Below are positions 13,756-27,494 of a stretch of DNA of 64,000 nucleotides, piece by piece. Below the pieces are notes generated by a model. It worked only from the letters and a program-made list of their open reading frames with translations. It had not been told where the DNA came from and ran no database searches. The DNA is taken from contig NC_043013.1 of assembly GCF_006345805.1 (NCBI RefSeq), forward strand, positions 16,492,001 to 16,556,000, given 5' to 3'. The number at the start of each line of letters is the position of its first letter. Positions within the stretch are counted from its first letter, which is position 1. The DNA comes from Octopus sinensis. Its lineage: Eukaryota. The translations under genes and the position numbers were made by a program.

Positions 13756-14371
13756 CATGCATGTAGTTTCCTCCCTCTCCAGCATACCAGCCTTATAATT
13801 GACGATTTTATCATCACTGAATCCACCCAGAGAAATTTGACCGTGATTATTTTTTTACCGTGATTCCTTTCTCTAACTAACTGTAATTATTTATTGTTCT
13901 CCTTTGTTTGACAATGTGATATTTAACTTTTGTATACAGCCCTACTTCAGCTAATTATTACATGTATCCTCTAATTATATATAACCCAAAACTGAAATTG
14001 ATTAGGCTTGCATTTAACAAATATCCAAAATTATTCCTGTGAGCTAACCACCAGCAAGAATTCAAATACGGAATAATTGTTTCTCTTTTCGACGCAAGGC
14101 GACAAATTAAGAAGACTGTTGTGTTAGTTAAAATGGCTGTTGTTGTGATTATTCAATTTTTTGCCTCGGTATTATAAGCGGTACAAGTGAATAGAGATCG
14201 AATCGAGCACACTCCATTATTTCTGCTAAATCACTGCTTCTTATTAACCTTTAGCACACTGCAGATTCTCTAGAATTATTTTCTCTACCACTGCCCTGTT
14301 ATTACAGGGAAGAAAACTCATACGTGACATGATGCATCTACAATTTGCTTAAGTTTAATCTGTATATGTGG

Positions 14372-14880
14372 AGGCGCAATGGCCCAGTGGTTAGGGCAGC
14401 GGACTCGCGGTCGTAGGATCGCAGTTTCGAATCCCAGACCGGGCATTGTGAGTTTTTATTGAGCAGAAACACCTAAAAGCTCCACGAGGCTCCAGCAGGG
14501 GTGGGTGATGGTGAACTCTGCTGTACTCTTTCACCACAACTTTCTCTCACTCTTTCTTTCTGTTTCTGTTGTAACTGTATTTCAAAGGGCCAGCCTTGTC
14601 ATACTCTGTGTCACGCTGAATCTCCCCGAGAACTACGTTAAGGGTACACGTGTCTGTGGAGTGCTCAGCCACTTGCACGTTAATAAATGAGCTGTGACGT
14701 CACTGATGCCAAGCTGTATCGGCCTTTGCCTTTTCCTTCGATAACATAGGTGGCGTGGAGAGGGGAAGCCAGTATGCATGGGCAACTACTGGTCTTCCAT
14801 AAACAACCTTGTCCGGACTTGTGCCTCGAAGGGTAACTTTCTAGGTGCAATCCCATGTTCTGTGTCGTGACCGAAGGGGA
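14372..14880 (+). mobile_element. tRNA-derived SINE, family C
   Basis: Head ggcgcaatggcccagtggttagggcagcggact...ttcgaatccc; (CAA)-type tail; degenerate relative at ~51092-51410. Confidence 0.7.
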
Positions 14881-14959
14881 TCACAACACAACAACAATCT
14901 GTATATAATAAGAGCCGATATAAATATTTGTTACTCGGTTGATTTCTTTAGTCACGCTT

Positions 14960-15170
14960 TACGAGGTGGTATCAAAAAGCACTCGGACTAGTTGTGAAAA
15001 ATATAGCAAAAAATAACTCATTTACTTAAGTTTTAACATCATCTCCGTCGAAATAGTCACCATGCACGGCAATACTCCGGTCCCAACGTTTTCCGTAAGC
15101 GAGTCGAGGACCTTCTGCGATTCGTTCTGGATCTCGACAACGGTGTTAAAACGGTAACCTTTGAGCTGCA
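14960..15170 (-). mobile_element. Mariner 3' end fragment
   Basis: TA-cgaggtggtatcaaaaag TIR; minus strand reads as transposase C-terminus (QLKGYRFNTVVEIQ, GDYFDGD). Confidence 0.65.
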
Positions 15171-15184
15171 TTCTTTTCAACTCA

Positions 15185-15540
15185 AGGCACAAGGCCCGAA
15201 ATTTTGGGGGAGCAGTCGATTAGATCAACCCCAGTACGCAACTGGTACTTGATTTATCGACCCCGAAAGGATGAAAGCCAAAGTCGACCTCGGCGGAATT
15301 TGAACTCAGAACGTAAAGACAGACGAAATACCTATTTCTTTATTACCCACAAGGGGCTAAACACAGAGGGGACAAACAAGGACATACAAACGGATTAAGT
15401 CGATTATATCGACCCCAGTGCGTAACTGGTACTTATTTAATCGACCCCGAAAGGATGAAAGGCAAAGTCGACCTCGGCGGAATTTGAACTCAGAACGTAA
15501 CGGCAGACGAAATACCGCTAAGCGTTTCGCCCGGCGTGCA
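15185..15540 (-). mobile_element. SINE family B, internally dimeric
   Basis: Two tandem cgaccccgaaaggatgaaagg...ggcggaatttgaactcagaacg units; many copies in the window. Confidence 0.8.
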
Positions 15541-16149
15541 GTCAATAATATTAAAACTGTATATCAATTTGTTTAAATGTATAAAGCTCATTAATGTTAG
15601 TGATGATCGGCAAGTCATACTGAGTTAAGGGGGAAAAAACAAGGGAGAAATCTAAATAGTAAAAAAAAAAGGAATTTGGTTTACAGTTTCTCTTATCCTC
15701 TTTCCATAGACGCTTCCGCTTGTAGTAGTATGTTTTGGAATCAGGTGTATTTATAATTTTCCCGCGAGCGGATCTGATTTTTGATTCGTTAAAATACTGG
15801 TGACGTCTTGTTTTCCAGTGATCAAACTTGTCGTTCTGCCTGGTTGGCTTCCCTGTGGAGACGATCATCAGTCGTTCCTGTTGGTTGGTTTTCATAAAGG
15901 GTCATTTCGTTGCATTTGCTGAAGTTCGGTTTTGATTAGGTGACGTCAGCAACTAGTGTTTGTAAAATTTCATTGGTCAAGAGGTAGGTGACGTCGGCAA
16001 CTGATATTTGTATGATGATTTGGAGTTGCGGTTTCGAAATCCGGGTGGAAGCCTGTTACTAAAGTTTTTAAAAGTTGTTGTTCCTGCTTGTTTTTTGTGG
16101 AGAAATTGAGTATTTTTCGTTTCTTTTTACTGTTTTTATTCTTCTTTCT

Positions 16150-16490
16150 AACGGATATTCAGCTGTGGTTTATATTCTTTAATGAGTATGTCTTCCTTAT
16201 TTCAGCGGAATTGGTTTGAAGTGTATCCAGTCCATTGATAGAGAGGGAAGATTTGGTATTAAGGGTTTGTGTCTACGGGGCATTAATCTAGGTGCTTGCT
16301 TACGGGAATTTTCCTAGTGGTGGAGTCCCGGATTTGTTGCCTGTGCACTGTAAGTCTATTCCTCAAAGTTAAGCTAGTTTGATTTATGTAGTCCCCACCA
16401 CACCCTCCACATTCGAGAACATAGATTAAGTTCTTCGAAGCACAGTTGAAGCCATATTTTATGGTAGCGGTTTGAACTTTCCCCAATGCA
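16150..16490 (-). mobile_element. Penelope-like element GIY-YIG endonuclease fragment
   Basis: FNCASKNLIYVLECGGCGGDYINQTSLTLRNRLTVHRQQI: PLE GIY-YIG signature with CxxC. Confidence 0.8.
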
Positions 16491-16880
16491 GATTTTCGTC
16501 TTCTACGCCTAAGTCACATACCATTATACTTTATAGATGTGGTCAATGTTATGTTTTGACATTCATGCGTTTCCTAAGATTATTTACAATGTATGTTTTG
16601 TGGAATGGTTTCAGCCGTTTATAGACATGAAGCCATAATAACAATTTGTGATTAGTTTCACACGCACATAAAGAAACAACAGATCTTTACTTTAACGCAT
16701 CTATAACTAATTATTATTAATTAATGTCTCCCAATGTTTTACTCTATTAAATAATTTTTTCATAATAATTCAATTACCATTACAAGTATATAATGAAATA
16801 TTTCTTCATTTCAGATTTCTTCATTTCTTTTACTGTCTTCATTTCAGGCTTGAGACAATTTTAACCACCCAAAAGATAAT

Positions 16881-17786
16881 ATGGAAGATATTTCAGCTAA
16901 TTACAGCTATGATTACGACTACAAAGTTTCAGTCTTCGGAAATGATGCAGCTGGACGGTTGAACATATTCGTCTGTATATCGATAATCATAGTTATTCTG
17001 TTCAACATATTTCTAATGGTCGCCATTTTCCTAGATCGCAAATCTCACGGGAAAACGCGCTCTTTGTCACTACTGAACTATTTGCTGAACTATACTCTCG
17101 TTGCTTTGTTTGTTTATTTTCAGAGTTTGCATGTCTTTATAGTTCGAGATTTGCCAAAATCTCACTGCGTATTTATCAATATATTAGCTTTTGTGGTTAA
17201 CGATGGTGATAAGTATTTCATTTTCCCACTTTGCTGCGAGTTTATTGTGAAGTATTTTAGGCCAAGCAAATATGAAAATCAAATTTTCCTAATTATCCAA
17301 TCCGTATTGATAGGGATTTTGTGGGTCTTTATTTGTATCAAAAATTTGGTAATCATTCTAGCTTTTTCCAACTTTTCTACTGGTGTTTGCTTTCCTTACT
17401 TATATAGTAATGTCATTGTTGCTCAATCTATAATAAGTATTCTGCTGGTGATTGCAATGTTAGTGTTTGTAGGCCTGTTGATCTACATTGCTATCAAGAG
17501 TAAAGAACAAGAGATGATGAAATCACCATTGATAACTTTGATTATTATTACTGCAGTGACTATAATTTTGTTAATTTTAGTCATTCTTAAGGAAGATGGG
17601 TTATTGGGGCATTACCGTTCTCCTTTATTCGTCGTGTATCGAGTCATAAGTCTTGGCAGCTTCCTGCTTTTGCCGTTTTTGTGGCTTTTTGATTTCACTA
17701 TAACACAAAGTATTCGGAAATTATGCTCAGAGAAATGTAAAAAGCATAAAGATCATCCCTCTCACGAGTTAACTGAAATAAATTAA
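16881..17786 (+). CDS. Divergent class A-like 7TM receptor, paralog 2 (301 aa)
   Basis: Intact 7TM ORF; N-glycosylation sequon NYS, CCEFIVKYFRPSKY, LLPFLW; acceptor TTTCAG at ~16842-16847. Confidence 0.92.
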   Translation: MEDISANYSYDYDYKVSVFGNDAAGRLNIFVCISIIIVILFNIFLMVAIFLDRKSHGKTRSLSLLNYLLNYTLVALFVYFQSLHVFIVRDLPKSHCVFINILAFVVNDGDKYFIFPLCCEFIVKYFRPSKYENQIFLIIQSVLIGILWVFICIKNLVIILAFSNFSTGVCFPYLYSNVIVAQSIISILLVIAMLVFVGLLIYIAIKSKEQEMMKSPLITLIIITAVTIILLILVILKEDGLLGHYRSPLFVVYRVISLGSFLLLPFLWLFDFTITQSIRKLCSEKCKKHKDHPSHELTEIN

Positions 17787-17941
17787 TCTTGTAATGCGAT
17801 GTGAAAGTAGCATTGTTTCTAGGAAAAAAACGTCTTCTAACAATGATAAAAGATTTATAACATTTTTTTAGAAATTAATACTTTTTAAAAGCTCCTTTTT
17901 ATACATAAAACTTGTATTAGCCAATTTTTCACAAAGACTTT

Positions 17942-17981
<40 letters not shown>

Positions 17982-19964
17982 CGATAGTGTAAAATTATAC
18001 ACATAAGGAATCTACACCTAGGGTGAAGATTCAGCGCATTAGAGAGCCACAAAAAAATGGATAAGATTCGACAGGAGCAAAAATTTGAAAATGAAAAACA
18101 TTTACCATTTATTACCCCGAACCAATATTGGTTTCTGATCTTCTTTTAGCAAGTCATAGGAACTCACAAGGTCTGATCTTCTTCAACGAGGGCCAACCTG
18201 GGGTTAAAACATGTAAGACAGAAGACAGGGAACTGTGTCTTCTATATATATATCTAACTCAGATGTTGAACGCACACCGCCAAACTCCACTTCCCACCCT
18301 TCCAATTTTCAGTTCCCCCCGCCCGCCCCTACGTTTAACACACACCTCTAACTTTCAACCACCTTCATCTCGTGTTAAACTTTACAAAATTATATTTTTA
18401 TCTTATTTTATTTTATTTTTATTTTTACTTTTATTTTTACTTTTATCCTACCTCCATTTATATTTATTTTTATTTTTAATTTTATTTTTACTTTTATTCT
18501 ACTTCCATTTATTCTCATTTTCATTTTCATCCCTTACCTTAACTATTATAATTTTTATAATTCTTATACTTCATTTCTAACTATTACATTGTATTTCTTA
18601 TTTTATACTGTATTTTTTATTTCTAATCTTTACCCATACCCTCATTCTTACCCCTAACTTATCGCTTTACACCTCTATATATGTTTATTTACTTACCTAT
18701 GGATCCACCTTTTGAATATACGAGCGTCCGCGTACGTGTGTATACGCATACATACATATGCACGCGCATATATGTACATGCATACTTCGATATCTTATAG
18801 CTATACCCATGTGCGCGTGTGTCTCTGTGTGTGTATATGAGTGTATATGTGCACGCACATACGGACACACAGCCGTGTGTGCGTGCGCGTATTGACATGA
18901 GTACGGGATTCTTTACATACGTTCTTATACACATCCTTTAATATCTTATACCTGGACCTAGAGGCGTGGGCATATACGTGTGTGTATGGAGTGATGGGCG
19001 CGCGTATATACATGTGAGCGTGTACGCGCGTAATGTCCGTGTATATATGCGGATATTCTGTTGTATGTATGTGTGTGTACGCGCGTGCGTGTGGGTGCGT
19101 GTGTGTTTATGTACGTGTTTACACGCGAGTGCGTGTGTATGCTTATGGGCTTGGAGGCGTATATGTACGCGTGTATGTGGGTGTATATATCCATGATGAT
19201 ATGTATGTACTAGAAGTCCATTTAATTCAAGGAACCAGATTAAATGCTCATCAGCTCTGATTTACAACGCATTAAGTCCCCAGACGAAACTGTTGATGTA
19301 CTGACAATTCTACAACTAAATTTTATCAATCTCCTGACCACCATGCTTGGTCCATAACCTCTATACATCCCTTATCTTTACATTCTTTTACACTTTTATC
19401 ATGTTTTTATCAGGTTTTTTTACTTTTATTTCTATTTCTATTTTTACTTTATATTTCTTTATACCCCCTTTACATCTACTTACAACCCTTTATCCTCTAC
19501 ATTTTTATATTATTCTATACTTACACTTTTTATACATTTTTTATCCCTCGTCCCGAACTCTCGCCCCTCCATCTTCACCTCTATATATGTATTTATTTAT
19601 TTACATTACCTCAACATCCAATTTTCCTCATTCTACATTGAGAGAAGAAAGAGATGGACGCTTCAACTCTATGCTGCTGCCGCATTATGTCGTACGTGAA
19701 TGAGAGGATTTGCATCCCCAACCAAGAATTTTTGATGTAACACATGTCCTTGTGGAAGCTGTGGTGTGCGGCTGAAGAAGGCCACAGACATACATTATGC
19801 ATTGTTATAAATCTGTCTAATAAAGGCCCGAAACATATGTACCGCTGAATCCTTCGCATCATGTTTTTATTTTATTTTGATCAATTTACTCCACCACCTA
19901 CACCACCAAACGGTATACACAGGTGCTTATAATTATCAAGTACTCACCCCGAATTTCTATACTC

Positions 19965-19992
<28 letters not shown>

Positions 19993-19998
<6 letters not shown>

Positions 19999-21056
19999 AA
20001 AAGTGAAAAAAACTACAGAAGGCTTGTTTTAAAAGGTTAAAGAATATATATTTAAGTCAATATGTCTGAAGAATATTATAAATTTTTTTCTCACAATGAC
20101 GTAGTTTAGAAGAAAGACCGGTTTCGCGTTTAGCTTTTCAAATTTCTTACGTCGTTATGTTTATGTTTAGAAGAGTTATCGTTATGTTTATGTTGAAAAG
20201 AGTTCTAAATAAGGGGAGGTAATAAGTGATTTCTTCCGGTATAAGGGAGATAATCGCTTGAAATTTTTTTCCTTTCCTTTGGGGTGAATTTCTCTGTATA
20301 AGTATGTTGGGATGGTTAAGTCTGGGCTTGTACTTTTCAATGAAGAATGTTTCCTTGTTTAGTCTAGTTTGTGTTGATGATCCGATAGCACATTGGTAAA
20401 ATGGAAAGATTAAAAATTGTGGTAGTAGTTGCTTTGCGCATTTCTCAATGTGCTCACTAAAAGGTATCATTCTGTATTCTGGGAATGCAATCTGTTGTCG
20501 ATGCAGTGTGCATCTACGTCTGAGTGATAGTCCCGTGGATCCCACGTAGTCTTGGTGGCAGCCCGAGCATTTTATGACCTTTTAGTGAGCACATTGAGAA
20601 ATGCGCAAAGCAACTACTACCACAATTTTTAATCTTTCCATTTTACCAATGTGCTATCGGATCATCAACACAAACTAGATTAAACAAGGAAACATTCTTC
20701 ATTGAAAAGTACAAGCCCAGACTTAACCATCCCAACACACTTATACAGAGAAATTCACCCCAAAGGAAAGGAAACAAATTTTAAGCGATTATCTCCCTTG
20801 CACCGGAAGAAATCACTTATTACCTCCCCTTATTTAGAACTCTTTTCAACATAAACATAACGATAACTCTTCTAAACATAAACATAACGACGTAAGAAAT
20901 TTGAAAAGCTAAACGCGAAACCGGTCTTTCTTCTAAACTATGTCATTGTAAGAAAAAAATTTATAATATTCTTCAGACATATTGACTTAAATATATATTC
21001 TTTAACCTTTCAAAACAAGCCTTCTGTAGTTTTTTCACTTTTTACTATTTTCTATA
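19993..21056. mobile_element. Penelope-like element foldback (inverted repeat, ~470-bp arms, 111-bp loop)
   Basis: 19993-20465 is the reverse complement of 20577-21056; encodes GIY-YIG C-terminus (YVGSTGLSLRRRCTLHRQQI...RLNKETFFIEKYKPRLN); bounded by (TA)n. Confidence 0.85.
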
Positions 21057-21092
21057 TATTCAACCACGTGCTTTCACAAACCAACTTTCTTA

Positions 21093-21146
<54 letters not shown>

Positions 21147-22401
21147 TAAAGCTGCACGTAAATGGAAGTTAGAGGCATTAAAATTATAGGACTACTTATA
21201 GTTAGTCATTCATTACATGTATGATGGCTATATGATACACATGCATGTATATAGCAAGTATATATACAAACTACCGAGCTGTGTTATTCTTTTTTATAAT
21301 TTCTCTGGTTTAATTATTAAAACACACATACGCCTATATCTATATATTTTTTATAATTCATTTATTTCTTTATGTACAAATTAGTATAGGTAATAAATAA
21401 TCATAAATTTATAAAATTAATATCGGTGTATTTAGAATAAAAAAACTTTTGAATGAATAAATAGTTGACTAAACTTTTTAATGACTTTAGAAAATTTATG
21501 CTATTATAATATGATAATGTTATTATATGATATGTATTTATGATTTCTTAATAAAACTACGTAATTTTTAATTTTGATTGCATTTCTAGTATAAGTTATT
21601 ATAAATAATGAATACAGTGTAATTTATAATATTATTTAGTGTTAACCTATTGGCAATGAAGTACTTTAATTTTTTTTTTTTTTTTTAGCCATGATTAATA
21701 GCACGTTGTTTTTGTGAGATTAACGAATTTTTCAGAATATATTGTCTGAATAACATGCATTTTACCAAATATTATGGAAAATATTTTCTACTTCGCCATA
21801 AATTCTTAGCATATTATTTAGTTTTTTTTTAGATAAATAAATGATGCGCAGAAATATATTTAGATTAATATTTTTAAGTGTACAAACATAGTTTATAACC
21901 GTTATATTAATTGTTTTATTTATTTTTATTTTTTATTTTTATTATATATTTTTATTATATATCTATTTTTTTTTAATTTTTAAATTATTGACACTCATGC
22001 TTACAAACATAAGCAAGTTTAATTCAGTCTATTCTAGGATCTAACAACCCTCATGTAATTTTTGTCAAATTTTGTCAAATGAGATTTTTACCCATAAACA
22101 TGGATTTTTTTAATAAATTCATTATTGGGTCTTAATCGAAACAATTTGTAGGATTAATATTCGTATTCATGTTATATTATATTATAATAGTAATATATGT
22201 TAGTAAATTAAAATATGTCAGTCGTTACTCTCCGTTTTCTTTTAATTTTTGTATGTTGAATATATGCCCATTTGAGTTGTGAAAGCGTTTTTAATCTCTG
22301 CCATATTGCCAAACCAGTGAAAAATTGGATGATTTCCATCCCTATTACGGAAAATGTTTTTCCATGTATTGAATTTTAATTTCATATATGTACCCATATA
22401 T

Positions 22402-22486
<85 letters not shown>

Positions 22487-22693
22487 TGTGTATGATTCAT
22501 GTATGTGTTTTTTTTCAATGTTTACAAATAACATGGAAAAATAAATAAATAGTCACGGAGATGTACTTGCATAGCAAGTGACTTGATCTGAGATCGTGTG
22601 CTGGAACGAAAACAATTGCAGCGTGGAAGGTGTTTATAAGTCATTTAAGAAGCATACAAAAACCGTTAGATTCACTTCAACATTTAAATTTAA

Positions 22694-22744
22694 TTTGTCA
22701 AAATATTTTCGTCGCTTTGAGACCGCGACCTGTTCACTGACAAA
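22694..22744 (-). ncRNA. Hammerhead-like motif with variant core
   Basis: Minus strand TTTGTCA-GTGAACAG-GTCGC/GCGAC-GAAA-ATAT-TT-TGACAAA; stems I and II perfect, core non-canonical. Confidence 0.45.
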
Positions 22745-23389
22745 ACTCCGTGCTGCATAGGTACCAAGGATGTAACAGCCTACTTATAAAGGTAGAAACT
22801 CCAGGTTTAGGTGAAATGTTTTTGCCCATTGTAAATAAATAAATAAATATATGTATACCATTCTGCCTAAAAAAATGGATCTACAAATGCAATATCCCTG
22901 CATATCTCACATCTATTTTCTTTTATTTACTCCACCTCATTCTTTATTTTATATCTTATCTTAATCAACTATTTCTTAACCATCCTCTCACACCGTCTCC
23001 GATGAAGGGATATAATAAATATCCTGGAAACAGCTGTTTTTTCTGCCTTTTTATTAAGATAAGATTAATATTTTATTTTGAATAAAATGGTAATTTTTTC
23101 CCCTTTAAGGAAAAAAATATCAAGTACCCGTGATTCCAAAAATATCTCATAAATATATAAGGAGAATTTCTTTCTTTCGGTCTGCGGGACACGAAAGTTG
23201 TATTAATGATTAAGGGAAGAAAAAGGAGAAAAGGGCGGACAGCCCTCTTCTTAAAGAGGGAAATAACTATTTTATTTGTAGTCTTTATCACATGGCAGGA
23301 AAGCAAACTTTGGGAGGTAACACAGCATGGTTTCAGGGTACATAAATGACATTTCGCTCATTATCTTAGCTAGATCATCTGGTAGTAGT

Positions 23390-23660
23390 CGAGTCTTAAA
23401 TACAGTGATGATGAACGAAAAATGGCTGCTGAATCCATATCAAAGATACTCTTGCTAATGATACTTATCTCGCTATTGGAGGGGTTGATCAACATGCATT
23501 TGGGATTGGAGAAGAAATGGTGTAATATACGGGTGGGTGGGGGTCGCTTACCGAGGTAGTCCATGCGATTCTCTGTATTAAGGCGGGTAGCTAGCTCCTT
23601 TGTTTCTGTGTTTGTGGAAATGTAGGTAGAATTATGGGTTTTATTGTATGCTTTGGAGAT
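23390..23660 (-). mobile_element. Penelope-like RT fragment
   Basis: FSNPKCMLINPSNSEISIISKSIFD matches the PLE RT motif (RLINPxKSEIGxISK); same region as in the 31562 element. Confidence 0.6.
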
Positions 23661-24968
23661 GGTGCCTGTGAGGAGTCTTGAGGCTCACGTTACGTAGCAT
23701 CGTTCCATAAATAATGTTCGATAGAATATCCTTGTGAACTATACGCAATTCGGTTGTTCGGGGACTGATCACCCAGCATTTGAGATAACAAGGATAATTA
23801 GGTTTGTCGTCTTTAAGATAAATGCTTGTTGGGAGAGTGACTAAATAAACTTTTTTGTAGAATATTTTGTCACATCCATGTCACTTATTAAACACCGCTT
23901 ATTAAAGATCACAATGCTAATTAGGGGAGTGGCAATTTATTTAACTTCTATCTGTAAGACATTATATATTTTGGAACCAGACTTACCCTTTGGGTGGTGT
24001 GTGTGTGTGTGTGTGTGTGTGTGTAGGAAGGTGGGGTAAATAATAATTTTATACGATAACGTTATACTGCATGTCATTTTCTTCAAATCATAAACGTTTT
24101 ACGCTTTCTCCAACAACACAATAATGCACATAAGGATTAATTTTTGTTTAAAGATATTTGAAACTTTGTGTAAAGCTTCTTACTATGTTCAAAAGATTTT
24201 CTGGTGGTACCAGTTCATTGCCTGTTTTCGAGTAGCGATGGCTTTTAAGTTATTTTTAAGTTCAACCCCCTTGTCTGGATAAGTTTTAGATACGCATGTG
24301 GTGAAATTATTTGCCTCGTAAATTGTACTTAACAAAGAACTTTCCTGTTCCATCTGTATTATGTTTACTTTTCTGAAAGCCAGAGACATCAAAAAAATCT
24401 TACTTTTCTTCTTGCGAAACTCTAAACTGTGCCGTAGAGATTTTATCAGTCTCTATCCCTTTTAATCCAAAAGTCATTTACTTCGACTAGCCGACAAGGA
24501 AATCTACAATATAAGAGTCAATGTTATGCTTTGTTTACTAGAATTTGGGGGTTGTAGATAAAGTGTGTTCAACTGAGGAGCTTTTCACTCTATTTTCATT
24601 TCGTTGATCCACTTTTCTGATATATCAGATTCTAAGAGAACAAAATTTGGTTACACGAGACTATAAATTGTACTTAAGATTATTTACAATGTACGTTTTG
24701 CGGTTAGACTAACACACACATAGTTATAGCAAGAACAGATCTTTACTTTAATCCGTCGATAACTAATTCTTGCTAATTACTATCTATCAATGTTTTACTC
24801 TATTAAATAATTATTATAATAATTCAATTACCATTGTAAATAATTATTATAATAATTCAATTACCATTGTAAGTATATAAAGATATAGAATTTAACTGGT
24901 CAGTATCTTCATTTCTTTTACTGTCTCTATTTCAGACTTGTGGCGATTTTAACTACCTAAAAAGCAAA

Positions 24969-25883
24969 ATGGAAGTGGTGACTAATTACAGCTACGAATA
25001 CGAACTCGAACACGAGTACGAGTACAGAGTCTTCGGAAATGATGCAACTGGATGGTTGAATATAGTTTTATGTATATCGATTATCATCGTTGTCCTGTTC
25101 GACTTATTTCTAATGGTCGCCATTTTCCTAGATCGTAAATCTCACGGGAAAAGGCGCTCTTTGTCACTACTGAACTATTTGCTGAACTATGCTCTCGATG
25201 CTGTGTTTGCTTATTTCCAGAGTTTGCATATCTTTATAGTTCAAGATTTGCCAAAATCTCATTGCCTATTTATCGTTATATTATCTTACGCGTTTAACGA
25301 TGGTGTTAAGTATTTCCTTATACCTCTTTGCTGCGAGTTTATCGTGAAGTATTTTAGCCCAAGCAGATACGAAAATCAAATTTTCCTAATTATCCAATCC
25401 GTATTGATAGGGACCTTGTGGGTCTTTATAAGTATCAAAGCTTTGGTAATGTTTCTAGCTTTTTCATACCATCGTTCGAATAGCTGCTATATTCACTTAG
25501 ATAGCAGTGCCATTCAGGCTCAATTTATAATGGGAATTCTGTTGATGATTGCAATGTTAGTGTTTGTAGGCTTGCTGATCTACATTGCCATCAAGAGCAA
25601 AGAAGAAGAGATGATGAAATCACAAGTGAAAACTTTGATTATTATTACTGCAGTGATTATAACTTTGTTCTTTCTAAACTATGTTATTGGTGCTGGATTT
25701 GTGGGACTCACGTATACTACTTTAGCCATCATTTATCGGGTTACAAATATTGCCATCTTCCTGCTTTTGCCGTTTCTGTGGCTTTTTGATACCACTATAA
25801 GACAAAGTATTCGGAATTTATGTTCAAGGAACTACGCAAAATCTAAAGATCATCGACCACACGAGTTAACTGAAATAAATTAA
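24969..25883 (+). CDS. Divergent class A-like 7TM receptor, paralog 3 (304 aa)
   Basis: Intact 7TM ORF; CCEFIVKYFSPSRY, LLPFLW, C-terminal HELTEIN; acceptor TTTCAG at ~24930-24935. Confidence 0.92.
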   Translation: MEVVTNYSYEYELEHEYEYRVFGNDATGWLNIVLCISIIIVVLFDLFLMVAIFLDRKSHGKRRSLSLLNYLLNYALDAVFAYFQSLHIFIVQDLPKSHCLFIVILSYAFNDGVKYFLIPLCCEFIVKYFSPSRYENQIFLIIQSVLIGTLWVFISIKALVMFLAFSYHRSNSCYIHLDSSAIQAQFIMGILLMIAMLVFVGLLIYIAIKSKEEEMMKSQVKTLIIITAVIITLFFLNYVIGAGFVGLTYTTLAIIYRVTNIAIFLLLPFLWLFDTTIRQSIRNLCSRNYAKSKDHRPHELTEIN

Positions 25884-26080
25884 TCTTATGAAGTGATATT
25901 AAACTAACATTATATCCTTTGATATAGAAGGGTAAATCTGTTCAGTAATACATTAGGAGGATTGTATGTATGTCTGTCTGTCTGTATGTATGTGTGCACG
26001 TCATATGTGTGTGTCTGTATGCACGCATATATGTATGTGTGCATGTATGTATGTGTGCATGTATGTATGTATATTTGTAC

Positions 26081-26132
<52 letters not shown>

Positions 26133-26278
26133 ATATACATATATATACATATCTATATACTTATATATACATCCATACGTATATACAAACATATATATAA
26201 ACACATACATATATGCACACACACACATACACACCCACACATATATATATGCACATACATACATACATATGTACATAC

Positions 26279-26364
<86 letters not shown>

Positions 26365-26984
26365 GCCGAATTTCATCTGAAACTTTCAGCTTTAAACCAC
26401 AATATATCATTGGTTTATTTTATATCTGCGCGAATGCAAGTGTATACTGGCATATACACATATATTCTGTATTTTTGCACTAAAAACATCATTGGGTTTA
26501 GCTTTTGCTTTCTCTGCACCCGTACCTACTTTTTACTCATTTTCTTGCATGTAACACACTGTATTCGACAAAATATCAAATATATTATTTCCCTCTATAA
26601 TCCCTTACGTTAGCGAGTTTCCAATTTATTCTCCATTGTATGTAGCCCAGAATTGGAATTAATTAAACCCTCAGATAACAAACATTATTATTCACTGTTC
26701 TTTGGGAGAAATAATGGTCAATGCGAATTCAAAGAAAGAATTAATCAATTTAAATATAAGACAATTTACTTAGAAGACTGTGGAACTGGCTTAATTTTTA
26801 TGTTGTGAGATTCATGCTTTTCTCGGTATCATGGTCAATGCTAATGAGATGAATTGATTTCATTCTAGAATCTTCCCAACACGTTTCCGTTCCTGGAAAT
26901 GTCATAAACATGCATAACACGGATCAGTTTCAAGTTTGGGAAACTTGAACTTTAAAAAGCACAACATAAAGATAATCACCTTAA

Positions 26985-27073
26985 CTCCAACATTTCGGCT
27001 GATTTCCCTCCAGCCTTCGTCAGGTGTCTTGGGGAAATTTCGAACCTGGGTTCTCATTCCTAAGGTATTTTTC

Positions 27074-27134
<61 letters not shown>

Positions 27135-27235
27135 CTACGCCATATACCCGTGGGCATATGATGTAGTGGTTAAGAGCGCGGCTACTAACCCCAAGATTCC
27201 GAGTTCGATTCCAGGCAGTAACCTGAATAATAACT
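26985..27235. repeat. Direct duplicate of 28060-28310 (hammerhead-like motif + (ATT)n + tRNA-like head)
   Basis: Near-identical sequence flanks the minisatellite on both sides. Confidence 0.75.
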
Positions 27236-27494
27236 CCCTGCCGTATCTAATACGCCAAAATAAACTTGCATACCTAAACTCTTTTTAGAATGCAGACCTT
27301 AACTCACAGTCAACACTTACTTGACTAAAATAGTTGCTTCTTTACTGACGCACATCCTGCACCCAACAAGAAATCTATTTTGTGATTAGGTACCTTTGGA
27401 ATACACAACACTCAATGAATCTTTTTATCCTCTTCCCCAATTTTGTATCTATATTTATGTCTAAACCCTTAGGATTTATCAGGCTGGTTCCCCG

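Noticed and set aside
19250-19310. Additional hammerhead (gtc-ccca-gac-gaaac...gta)
   Set aside because: No recognisable CUGANGA core at the required position
18128-19703. Hydrophobic ORFs (18128-18580, 19347-19703) as extra membrane proteins
   Set aside because: T-rich low-complexity sequence with no similarity to the receptor family
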